Shown here: positions 1-8,320 of the stretch, piece by piece | Numbering within the stretch: position 1 is the stretch's first letter | Layout of the letters: each line of letters begins with the position of its first letter | Origin: Salinispira sp. | Lineage (GTDB): Bacteria > Spirochaetota > Spirochaetia > DSM-27196 > Salinispiraceae | NCBI GenBank assembly: GCA_965602015.1 | Contig: OZ271918.1 | Span: 992,001-1,056,000, forward strand | Direction: 5' to 3' | DNA length: 64,000 bases | Translations under genes and position numbers: made by a program | The notes under the pieces: model-generated | The model's database searches: none | What the model was told of the DNA's origin: nothing | What the model saw: only the letters and a program-made list of their open reading frames with translations

Positions 1-2
1 AG

Positions 3-131
3 TGCGGCGGAATGGAAATGATCTCCCTCGGCCCAGACATCAGAGGGGCTCATACTCCTGAAGAGCGGGTCCATATCGCGTCGACCGCCAGGGTTTTCGA
101 GTTTTTTACCGAGCTTTTGACGGCACTGTAG
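3..131 (+). CDS. pepD: 3' end of an aminoacyl-histidine dipeptidase (PepD-like, M20 peptidase); partial, runs off the window
   Basis: Frame 3 reads ...GMEMISLGPDIRGAHTPEERVHIASTARVFEFFTELLTAL* (TAG at 129-131), matching the typical PepD C-terminal SxGP...H[ST]PxE motif. Not in the ORF track. Confidence 0.75.
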   Translation, partial: CGGMEMISLGPDIRGAHTPEERVHIASTARVFEFFTELLTAL

Positions 132-256
132 AGCTCGGGCAACAAACGTTAACGCATCTCCATGAGTAAAGGCCTGTGGCGATTCCCGTTTTTTCTGGAA
201 ATCCGGTCTTAGACCGTTTATAGTTTTACCACAGGAACCGATAAGCAGGACGGACT

Positions 257-1825
257 ATGGGCATCGGAGAATTACGCAAATTAGTGGAAACGCTCCCAAG
301 CGATTCGGAAATCCGCACGGAATTCCATGAAGTGGTTCGCTATGTGCGGCGCATAAAAGACGAGAAAACCGACCTCAATAATCGCAATCAGGAGCTGCTC
401 AAGCTGCTCCAGGAAGAGCAGCGCAGGCATGAGGATCTCAGCTATCGGGCTCTCATAAATCGCATAACCGGGCTTCCCAATCATCAAAAGCTCACGGTGG
501 ACCTGGAAGAACTGCTGGGGGGGCACCGGGACGAGCTCGACCGCAACCCCGGAGCGCTTATAATTCTACGGCTCGACCGCAGCTTCGTGGGCATTCAAAG
601 CACCCTCAAGCCCCAAATGACTGAATGGATTCTCTATCAAATCTCCAACCGCTTTCGGGAAATGCTTTCCGATTCAATGAGCATATACCATAACCGGGAA
701 GACGAGTTTGCCATACTCCTGCGGAAATACAACAGCATGAAAGATGTCATGAGGTTCGCCCGGTCCCTTCGCCGTGAGGTCAAAAAACCCCATGTCCTCT
801 CGGGCTACAACATCCACCTGGACTGTCATGTGGGCGTCGCCCTGCTTCCCCAACACGGCCGGGAGAAGGGGCTGCTGCTTCAAAATGCCGATATCGCCCT
901 GCAATTCGCCGAGGAGCGGGGCAAGGAGGCGGTGCTTTTTTATGAAAAGCTGCGGGAGCAGGTCGTGGAAAAGATGGACCTTCAAAACAGCATCCTGCGC
1001 GCCCTGGAACAGCAGGCAATCGATGAAATTGGACGGCAGTTCGAAATTTACTACCAACCGATCATCAACCTTGAGAGCGCTGATGACCCGGGAGAGCTCG
1101 GGCTTGATGACGCCGGGAGCTGGAACTTCGCCCAGGTTGGTGCCGAAGCCCTCATCCGCTGGCATCATCCCCAAAAAGGAACCATTTCACCGGACCGCTT
1201 TATTCCCCTTGCCGAGGAAACCGGACTTATAATTCCCATAGGCAACTGGGTTATCTACAATGTGGCTGCCCAAATCCGGGCCTGGAAGGACAAGGGACTG
1301 GAGGTGGGCCCGGTTTCGGTTAATATTTCCCCCCGGCAGTTCCACTCTGATACCTTTCTTCACACGGTCCGCACCGCCATGAAAAACAATGGTCTTAGCA
1401 GCGATTCCTTTCGCTTTGAAATTACCGAAACCAGCATTGCCCAGGACCCCGGGGCGATGGTGGGAACCATGTGGGACCTTCACCGCGAAGGGGTGTACTT
1501 CTATATTGACGATTTCGGAACCGGATACTCAAGCCTGAGCTACGTGCACCAAATGCCTGTCAAGAAAATTAAAATTGATAAATCCTTCATCATGAATCTC
1601 TCCCGGGACGGCCGGGAACGGACCATTGTCAGGACGATTATCGCAATGGGCAAGGAACTCGGTCTCGGTCTGGTAGCCGAAGGTGTTGAACATATGGAGC
1701 ACCTGAGCTACCTCCTCGGGGCCGGCGTCAGAAGTTTTCAGGGCTACCTTTTTTCCCGTCCCCTTCCGGCGGAACGCTTCGAAAACTATGTAACCAAGCG
1801 AAAATACTTCAAAACCGCAGAATAA
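257..1825 (+). CDS. Degenerate GGDEF + EAL domain c-di-GMP phosphodiesterase
   Basis: ITGLPN start of the GGDEF domain, but the signature reads NREDEF. EAL motifs are intact: AEALIRW, VNIS, FEITE, DDFGTGYSS, KIDKSF, VAEGVE, FQGY. Confidence 0.9.
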   Translation: MGIGELRKLVETLPSDSEIRTEFHEVVRYVRRIKDEKTDLNNRNQELLKLLQEEQRRHEDLSYRALINRITGLPNHQKLTVDLEELLGGHRDELDRNPGALIILRLDRSFVGIQSTLKPQMTEWILYQISNRFREMLSDSMSIYHNREDEFAILLRKYNSMKDVMRFARSLRREVKKPHVLSGYNIHLDCHVGVALLPQHGREKGLLLQNADIALQFAEERGKEAVLFYEKLREQVVEKMDLQNSILRALEQQAIDEIGRQFEIYYQPIINLESADDPGELGLDDAGSWNFAQVGAEALIRWHHPQKGTISPDRFIPLAEETGLIIPIGNWVIYNVAAQIRAWKDKGLEVGPVSVNISPRQFHSDTFLHTVRTAMKNNGLSSDSFRFEITETSIAQDPGAMVGTMWDLHREGVYFYIDDFGTGYSSLSYVHQMPVKKIKIDKSFIMNLSRDGRERTIVRTIIAMGKELGLGLVAEGVEHMEHLSYLLGAGVRSFQGYLFSRPLPAERFENYVTKRKYFKTAE

Positions 1826-1837
1826 GGCGGTTTTTTT
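1811..1837 (+). terminator. Probable intrinsic terminator overlapping the EAL gene stop
   Basis: aaaaccgc-agaataag-gcggtttt followed by a T run. Confidence 0.55.
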
Positions 1838-1869
1838 ATGTGAATTCCGTAAAAAATCTATTCGCTCGG

Positions 1870-1898
1870 TTGACAGAAGTAAAAAACCGGGCTTTATT
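1870..1898 (+). promoter_or_regulatory. Sigma70-type promoter for the leader ORF/ABC operon
   Basis: TTGACA (1870-1875), 17 nt spacer, TTTATT (1893-1898). Confidence 0.6.
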
Positions 1899-1927
1899 TA
1901 TTGTCATACTTCACGCAGGAGGCGTAC

Positions 1928-2029
1928 ATGATCAATACAGCATATTTTTCCCGCGATAAGCGCAATGGTGCTGGGGCAGTCAACGATGATTATGGCTTCC
2001 GGCGTATTCACCTAACCCCCATGGGTTAA
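1928..2029 (+). CDS. Putative 33-aa leader peptide (MINTAYFSRDKRNGAGAVNDDYGFRRIHLTPMG)
   Basis: AGGAGG at 1917-1922, 5 nt before the ATG at 1928; TAA at 2027-2029. Lies between the promoter and the ABC exporter genes. Confidence 0.55.
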   Translation: MINTAYFSRDKRNGAGAVNDDYGFRRIHLTPMG

Positions 2030-2142
2030 CTTTTTACACGCCAATCCATACATCATCTATTCTCCTCATTACCCCCTTCAGTTGTTTCAGCGCATAGCTG
2101 TATCTGTGCTGCTGTATTGTTCTGCTTTACCAGGATTTTGTT

Positions 2143-4035
2143 ATGAAGAAACTACGTGCAATACTGAAAATTCTCAAAAGTCACCGCTATGTCTATGTGC
2201 TTGCGCTGCTGGGAATCGCCATCGGGACCTTTTTCTCGTACACCGGTCCCCTGGTCATTAAAACAACCATCGACAGCGTGCTCGGCGATGTGGCCCTTGA
2301 CGGCGGCTTGTTTATCGACCGGATTTTCCTTGCCCTTGGCGGCCGGGAAGTCCTGCGCAGCCGCCTGTGGGTTCCGGCGCTCTTTCTCGCGTTAATCGTC
2401 GGTCTGCAGGGTGTGTTTACCTTCGCCAGCCGGAGCCTGGCAAGCGTCGCCGCCGAAGGCAGCGTGCGGAAGCTGCGGAACCGCCTCATGGTGCATCTGC
2501 AGAAGCAGGAGTTTAATTACTTCAACAACGCCAGCACCGGAGACCTTATTCAGCGCTGCACCAGCGATGTGGACACCATCCGGCGCTTTCTGCAGACCCA
2601 GTTTGTGGAGATCGGCAACACCATGATCATGCTGGTTATCGCCCTGAGCCTGATGTTCAGCATTCACCGGCCTTTGGCCATGCTGACCCTGCCGATCATT
2701 CCGGTGACCGTAGGTTTTTCCTATTTCTTCTTCAAGCGTGTGCAGCAAACCTTCACCGTCAGCGATGAAAGCGAGGGAAAGCTGTCGGCAATGCTCTCCG
2801 AGCATCTGACCGGCGTACGGGTGGTAAAGGCATTTGGTCGGGAACGTCATGAGATTGACCGCTTTGATGTGCTTAACCGGGACTACCGGGACGTAACCCA
2901 GAAGCTCATCGATCTGCTTGCCATGTACTGGTCGGTGACCAGCCTGTTCAGCATGGGCCAGGTAGTGCTGGTGCTGAGCATGGGAAGCATCTGGGCCGTT
3001 CAGGGCAGCGTGACGTTGGGGGTTCTTCAGGTGTTCATCAGCTATGTCTGGATGATTCTCTGGCCGCTGAGGCAGATGGGACGGATTCTGGTGGACATGG
3101 GCAAGGCCTTTGTCTCGGTTGGGCGCATCGAGGAAATCTTCGACAGCGAGCCCGAGGACCTGCACTCTGCCGCCCGACGGCGGAAAATCCGGGGCAGCAT
3201 TCGCTTTGAGGATGTGAGTTTTACCTACCCCGGTGAACATAACCTGCCGGTTCTAAAGAACCTTACCTTCGAAGTGGCTCCGGGTGAGACCCTCGGAATC
3301 CTCGGACCCACGGGTTCGGGAAAAACGAGCATACTTCACCTGCTCGCCGGCCTGTATCACGGCTATGAGGGCCGGATACTGATCGACGGCGTGGAACTGA
3401 GAGATTTGAATCTGGCGGATTACCGCCGCCAGCTTGGATATGTGCTCCAGGAACCGTTTCTGTTTAGCGGGAGCATAAAGAAAAACATTCGCATGGGTCG
3501 GGCTGACGCCCTCATGCGGGATATAGAGCATGTGGCCAGGGAGGCCGAAATGCACAGCGTTATTGATGAATTTGATATGAAATACTTAACGGTGGTGGGA
3601 GAGCGGGGAGTAACACTCTCGGGCGGACAGAAGCAGCGTCTCGCCATCGCCCGTGCGATGGTCAAGGGAGTGCCTATCTATCTGTTCGACGACAGCCTCT
3701 CGGCCCTGGATGCGGAAACCGACGCTCGGATCCGCAACAATCTGCTGAGCAGAGATGAGCGGGCGACCACCATGATCGTCAGTCACCGCCTGAGCACCAT
3801 CGCCGGCGCCGACCGCATTATGGTTCTGGAACACGGCGCAATAAGCCAGCTCGGCAGCCATGAAGAGCTTAGCGCGGAGCCCGGGCTCTACGCCCGGCTC
3901 TGGGATCTCCAGCGCAACGGGTCCATGGAAGGCGGCGAAGGCAAGGATTCCGACGGAAACGGCGAAGCATCGTCGAAAAAGAAGAAAGGCGGACTGTCGC
4001 CAACCGCGCCTCTTACGTTGAGGCGGGCCCTGTAA
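2143..4035 (+). CDS. ABC exporter, fused TMD+NBD, subunit 1 of a heterodimer (degenerate Walker B)
   Basis: Six TM segments; Walker A GPTGSGKT; signature LSGGQ; Walker B YLFDDS (D in place of the catalytic E); SHR switch. Confidence 0.93.
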   Translation: MKKLRAILKILKSHRYVYVLALLGIAIGTFFSYTGPLVIKTTIDSVLGDVALDGGLFIDRIFLALGGREVLRSRLWVPALFLALIVGLQGVFTFASRSLASVAAEGSVRKLRNRLMVHLQKQEFNYFNNASTGDLIQRCTSDVDTIRRFLQTQFVEIGNTMIMLVIALSLMFSIHRPLAMLTLPIIPVTVGFSYFFFKRVQQTFTVSDESEGKLSAMLSEHLTGVRVVKAFGRERHEIDRFDVLNRDYRDVTQKLIDLLAMYWSVTSLFSMGQVVLVLSMGSIWAVQGSVTLGVLQVFISYVWMILWPLRQMGRILVDMGKAFVSVGRIEEIFDSEPEDLHSAARRRKIRGSIRFEDVSFTYPGEHNLPVLKNLTFEVAPGETLGILGPTGSGKTSILHLLAGLYHGYEGRILIDGVELRDLNLADYRRQLGYVLQEPFLFSGSIKKNIRMGRADALMRDIEHVAREAEMHSVIDEFDMKYLTVVGERGVTLSGGQKQRLAIARAMVKGVPIYLFDDSLSALDAETDARIRNNLLSRDERATTMIVSHRLSTIAGADRIMVLEHGAISQLGSHEELSAEPGLYARLWDLQRNGSMEGGEGKDSDGNGEASSKKKKGGLSPTAPLTLRRAL

Positions 4036-4051
4036 ACGAGGATAGTACACT

Positions 4052-5887
4052 ATGAAACCGACTGACAACAGAAAACGCGACACCCGGCGGGCCAACCTGG
4101 AAATGTGGAAGAGTCTATTGGTCTACGCCCGGGAATACCGGGGGCGAATCGCCATCCTCATCCTTGTGATGCTGGTGGTGGCGGGCATCGACCTGATATT
4201 TCCGCTTATGACAAAGATGGCCGTCGACCGCTTCGTCATTCCCCGCAGCACCGAGGGGATAGGTCTATTTGCCGCCGGCTTTTTCGCCCTGTCGGCCCTG
4301 CAGGCCTTTAACGTCTATCTGCTGATCCACCTCGGCGGCGTCATCGAAATGGGCCTGGTGTACCGTCTGCGGGAACGGGGATTCGAGAAGCTTCAGCGCC
4401 TGTCTTTCGAGTATTTCGATAAAAAGGCTTCGGGCTGGCTGTTAACCCGAATGACCAGCGACTGCCAACGCCTTGGTGAAGTAATTTCCTGGGGCATTGT
4501 TGATATGGTCTGGGGCCTTACCTTTATGTTCGGGGTGGCGGTTACCATGCTCGTGCTAAACTTCCGGCTCGGTATTGTCATCCTGACAGTGGTGCCGGTT
4601 CTGGCAGTAGCCAGTTACTACTTCCAGACGAAGATTCTCAAGAGCCAACGGCTGGTGAGGAAGAATAATTCCCGGATTTCCGCGGCGTACTCCGAGGGTA
4701 TCCAGGGAGGGCCCACCGTCAAGGTGCTTGCCAGGGAGAAGGAGAGCGCTGAAGAATTTGCCGCGCTCACTAACAGGATGAAGAAAACCTCGGTCATTTC
4801 TGCACGGTTTTCCGCACTCTATCTGCCGGTGGTGCTGTTTCTCGGATCCGTCGGTACGGCGCTTGCCCTGAGTTACGGCGGAATTATGATCCAAAACGAG
4901 GTGATTACCTTCGGTACCCTCTTAGCGTTTATATCCTATACCCTGCAGTTCTTCGATCCTTTGAATGAGATCGCCAGGGTGGTCAGCGAAATGCAGTCTG
5001 CCAGGGCTGCCGGCGAGCGGATACTCTCGCTCATCCACACCAAGGCTAAAATCATCGATACGGCTCCGGTTGAGGCGATGTACGGTACCGTTGTGGATCC
5101 AAAGGCCGATAATTGGCCGAAGCTTGAAGGAGAAATCGAATTCCGCAGGGTGACCTTTACCTATGACGGGGGACAGACAGTCTTGAAAGATTTTGATCTG
5201 ACCATACCCGCGGGGCAGACCCTGGCCCTGGTCGGGGCGACCGGAAGCGGTAAAACAACAATCGTAAATCTGGTCTGCCGGTTCTACGAGCCCAGTGACG
5301 GTCAGATTCTCATCGACGGGAAGGATTACCGCGAACTGGGCCTCCCGGCGCTGAGGGGGAACCTCGGTTATGTTCTGCAGGCGCCCCAGCTGTTTAATAT
5401 CAGCATCAGGGAGAACATACGATACGGTAATTTGACTGCCAGCGATGAGGATGTGGAACGGGCGGCCCGTCTGGCCAATGCCCACGATTTCATCAGCGAT
5501 ATCGATGAAGGATACGAAGCCCTGGTGGGCGAGGGGGGAAACCATCTCTCGACGGGACAGAAGCAGCTTATCAGCCTGGCCCGGGCCATCCTCGCCGATC
5601 CGGCCATCATAGTCCTGGATGAGGCGACCAGTTCCGTGGATCCCGAAACCGAGAAGCTGATACAGGAAGCCATTCATACGGTGCTCAACGGGAGAACGAG
5701 TTTTGTCATTGCCCACAGGCTGTCGACCATTCGGGAAGCCGACCGCATTCTGGTCATCGAAAAAGGCCGGATTATTGAGGACGGAGATCACGACAGTCTT
5801 ATTGCCGCCGACGGACACTATGCGGCGATGTACCGAAGGCAGTTTATGGAAGAACAGGAGTTCCGGGTTCTCAGCGAAACCCGCTAG
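4052..5887 (+). CDS. ABC exporter, fused TMD+NBD, subunit 2 of a heterodimer
   Basis: GATGSGKT; degenerate signature LSTGQ; canonical IVLDEATS; AHR. Complementary degeneracy as in TM287/288 and BmrCD-type exporters. Confidence 0.93.
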   Translation: MKPTDNRKRDTRRANLEMWKSLLVYAREYRGRIAILILVMLVVAGIDLIFPLMTKMAVDRFVIPRSTEGIGLFAAGFFALSALQAFNVYLLIHLGGVIEMGLVYRLRERGFEKLQRLSFEYFDKKASGWLLTRMTSDCQRLGEVISWGIVDMVWGLTFMFGVAVTMLVLNFRLGIVILTVVPVLAVASYYFQTKILKSQRLVRKNNSRISAAYSEGIQGGPTVKVLAREKESAEEFAALTNRMKKTSVISARFSALYLPVVLFLGSVGTALALSYGGIMIQNEVITFGTLLAFISYTLQFFDPLNEIARVVSEMQSARAAGERILSLIHTKAKIIDTAPVEAMYGTVVDPKADNWPKLEGEIEFRRVTFTYDGGQTVLKDFDLTIPAGQTLALVGATGSGKTTIVNLVCRFYEPSDGQILIDGKDYRELGLPALRGNLGYVLQAPQLFNISIRENIRYGNLTASDEDVERAARLANAHDFISDIDEGYEALVGEGGNHLSTGQKQLISLARAILADPAIIVLDEATSSVDPETEKLIQEAIHTVLNGRTSFVIAHRLSTIREADRILVIEKGRIIEDGDHDSLIAADGHYAAMYRRQFMEEQEFRVLSETR

Positions 5888-5893
5888 CATACT

Positions 5894-5918
5894 GCGGCGG
5901 CTCGAGACGGGCCGCCGC
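5894..5918 (+). terminator. GC-rich hairpin after the ABC operon (weak U tail)
   Basis: gcggcggctcg-aga-cgggccgccgc. Confidence 0.4.
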
Positions 5919-5926
5919 CTTCGCTC

Positions 5927-5955
5927 TTGAAACCGGGCATCTGTGGCTGTATGCT
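5927..5955 (+). promoter_or_regulatory. Sigma70-type promoter abutting the start codon (leaderless layout)
   Basis: TTGAAA-N17-TATGCT-N6-ATG(5962); no SD. Confidence 0.6.
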
Positions 5956-5961
5956 CTTATC

Positions 5962-7626
5962 ATGGTAAAACTGGGAGATAAAATACTTGCGGTAGGTTCG
6001 GGAAAGGGCGGGGTCGGTAAATCCACCACTGCGCTGAACCTGGCCCTGCTTTCGGCCAGGGGCGGCGAGCGTACTGCCCTCATCGACATGGATCCGTTGT
6101 CGAACCTGGGAACCATTCTTGATTTGCCGGCCGGTCAGCTTGATTCGGTATCAGGGGATTTTTCATCGCATAATCTCGATGATTACCGGCTCAGCATTGT
6201 TCCTTCCCTGGAACTCCTTTTTCCCCTCAGCAGCCACCGAGTCTCAAAAAGCGACAGTGGCGCCGGGCTTCATTCATTGGTTTTTCGTCGATTTGCCGAT
6301 CAACTGGCCCGGGAATACGACCGCATCATACTGGATCTGCCGGCGGGCATTGTGCAGGACGAGAACCTTATCATGCTGCCCGAGCTGCGCCATGTGCTAA
6401 TCGTTACCAACGCCGAGCCCACCAGCCATGTTTCAGCCGGCGGATATATCAAGGCCGCCCTCGAAGTGAATCCCGCGCTTCAGTTTTATATCTGGAATAA
6501 TAAATTCGAAGCCAGCGCCGATCCGTCATTTAATCCCCGGGATCTATGGGGGAACTACAACCGCTATGCCCCGGACGAGCTCATGCTCCCAACGGAATCC
6601 CGTGGCAGCATGAAGCAGGTCGCCTTTATTCCTCCGGACCCCGCATTGAACCTGTTAAAATCCGGCAATGATTACCGGCTCGACATCCTCTATAAAATCC
6701 GCGAAAGCCTGCAGGTCCTTCGCGAACTGGTGGTTTCCCCGGGTCCCGACCGGCTGCTCTCTGCGGTCCAGCGCAAGGCCCTGCGCTTCTATCTTATCAG
6801 GGAATACCAGAATCCTTCGGTGCCCGGCGGCCTTGACTACTGTGCATCCCTGTTCTCCTCGTCACCGGGGGGAGGATTCTCATCCGACGCGGAAGACGCG
6901 GCCCGGGACTACCTGGCGGGAGAAATAAAGAATCCCCTTCTTTCAAGCGTCGGCGATAGTCTGACCATACTGGACTCGATTACCAGGGTGTATGAGCAAT
7001 CGGGCATTCAGTCCGCCGATTTGCGCCGCCAGTTTCCCGTAATGTCCTCCCGCCTCATTAAAAGCTTTTCACTCCTGGACCGTCTTGTTCAACGCAGGGG
7101 AGACCGTTCCCTGGCACGGCGATTTGGGTACATTGATATCCGCATGCTGCGAAATACCCTCGGCCTGGCGTTTTTCTACTATTCGGTATTGCGGCTTTTG
7201 GATTACCAGAAAGTGCAGGCTTTGATTTCCAATTTCGTCCCGAAGAAGCAGCGGGATGGCCGTCCGGTCAGAGACCGGCACCGGCAAATCATGCTTCTGC
7301 TGAAGAAGGACGATCAGTACCACCGCCGCTTTTTTACTCTTATCAAAACCCTTTTTCCCATGGTGGACCGTCAGGTCATCAAACTCGCCAGGAGATGGAA
7401 GCTTGAAACCATCCTCCTTCGCGACGAACGCGGCGAGCTGAGACGGAATGTGTACCTCAAACTGCTGTCCGAGCTCATGCACGACCTCATCAATGCGGGT
7501 CTTGGCATACATGTGGGCATCCGTTTGAACCGGGCGGCCAGGGAAATCGATGCGGGGTGGCAGAAGACCAGGAAACTTATGGATCACTCTCCAAAAGCCG
7601 CAAAAACCGCCGCCGCACCGGCATAG
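5962..7626 (+). CDS. MinD/FlhG/ParA-family P-loop ATPase with a long C-terminal extension
   Basis: Deviant Walker A GSGKGGVGKSTT, LIDMD, ILDLPAG, VTNAEPTS; about 320 aa of unrecognised helical C-terminus. Confidence 0.8.
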   Translation: MVKLGDKILAVGSGKGGVGKSTTALNLALLSARGGERTALIDMDPLSNLGTILDLPAGQLDSVSGDFSSHNLDDYRLSIVPSLELLFPLSSHRVSKSDSGAGLHSLVFRRFADQLAREYDRIILDLPAGIVQDENLIMLPELRHVLIVTNAEPTSHVSAGGYIKAALEVNPALQFYIWNNKFEASADPSFNPRDLWGNYNRYAPDELMLPTESRGSMKQVAFIPPDPALNLLKSGNDYRLDILYKIRESLQVLRELVVSPGPDRLLSAVQRKALRFYLIREYQNPSVPGGLDYCASLFSSSPGGGFSSDAEDAARDYLAGEIKNPLLSSVGDSLTILDSITRVYEQSGIQSADLRRQFPVMSSRLIKSFSLLDRLVQRRGDRSLARRFGYIDIRMLRNTLGLAFFYYSVLRLLDYQKVQALISNFVPKKQRDGRPVRDRHRQIMLLLKKDDQYHRRFFTLIKTLFPMVDRQVIKLARRWKLETILLRDERGELRRNVYLKLLSELMHDLINAGLGIHVGIRLNRAAREIDAGWQKTRKLMDHSPKAAKTAAAPA

Positions 7627-7638
7627 GACTATTGTCTG

Positions 7639-8223
7639 CTATACCACCACCCGGTACGCGCTGCCTCCGGCCTGCAAAGTGCTGTGAATGAGAACCGCCG
7701 GTTCAAGGTCAAGAACCGGCAGCAGGAATTCGGGCATTGCGGCAAATGCCTCTCTGATATCATGGGCGGACGCCTGCCTTTTTACATAGGCCAGGGTCAG
7801 GTGCGGCCGCAGGGGTCTGTCATCGAAGGCTATCCCCTCGGCCCGCAGCGCCGACAAAAACCCGGCGCGACCGGTGTTAAGCAGATGGTCGGTCGCGGGC
7901 GATTGCTCAGGCGCCAGGACCAACACCCTCGGCCTCCGTGCGTCCGGAAAGGGAACGGGGAACAGATTTTTTAGGGCCAGGGGTCGGGAAAACAGCTCGG
8001 GTTCCCGTTTCCGGTAATCTTTGAGAATATCTGCAGTTCTTCGAAGCTCTTCCTCGGCGAGGTCTCCGAGAAAAATACCGGTGATATGATAATTTCTCGG
8101 GGGAACCGCCCTGAACACCGTGCCGGCTGTTCTCAGGCAGGAGTCGCCGATAGCCGACAATACCCCTCGATGGGTCTTTTCCGGCAGCCATGCGATAAAG
8201 CTCCGATACTGCGTTGTTCCCAT
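7639..8223 (-). CDS. thpR: 2H phosphoesterase (RNA 2',3'-cyclic phosphodiesterase/2'-5' RNA ligase, ThpR/LigT family)
   Basis: Two HxT motifs (YHITG, PHLTL); RxFIA N-terminus; C-terminal STL..GxxY. Start placed at the ATG at 8223, which has a GAAGGA SD. Confidence 0.82.
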   Translation of the reverse strand: MGTTQYRSFIAWLPEKTHRGVLSAIGDSCLRTAGTVFRAVPPRNYHITGIFLGDLAEEELRRTADILKDYRKREPELFSRPLALKNLFPVPFPDARRPRVLVLAPEQSPATDHLLNTGRAGFLSALRAEGIAFDDRPLRPHLTLAYVKRQASAHDIREAFAAMPEFLLPVLDLEPAVLIHSTLQAGGSAYRVVV

Positions 8224-8291
8224 TCGAGCATTCCTTCGCCGATAGTCGGCGCAATCGAGATGATGACGACCTGTGAGAAAATAGTAGCGGC

Positions 8292-8316
8292 TCAATACTA
8301 TTTATTATAGTATTGA
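8292..8316. promoter_or_regulatory. Perfect 10-bp inverted repeat between the divergent thpR and cyclase genes
   Basis: tcaatactat-ttatt-atagtattga, ending 4 nt before the cyclase ATG. Confidence 0.5.
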
Positions 8317-8320
8317 ATTA

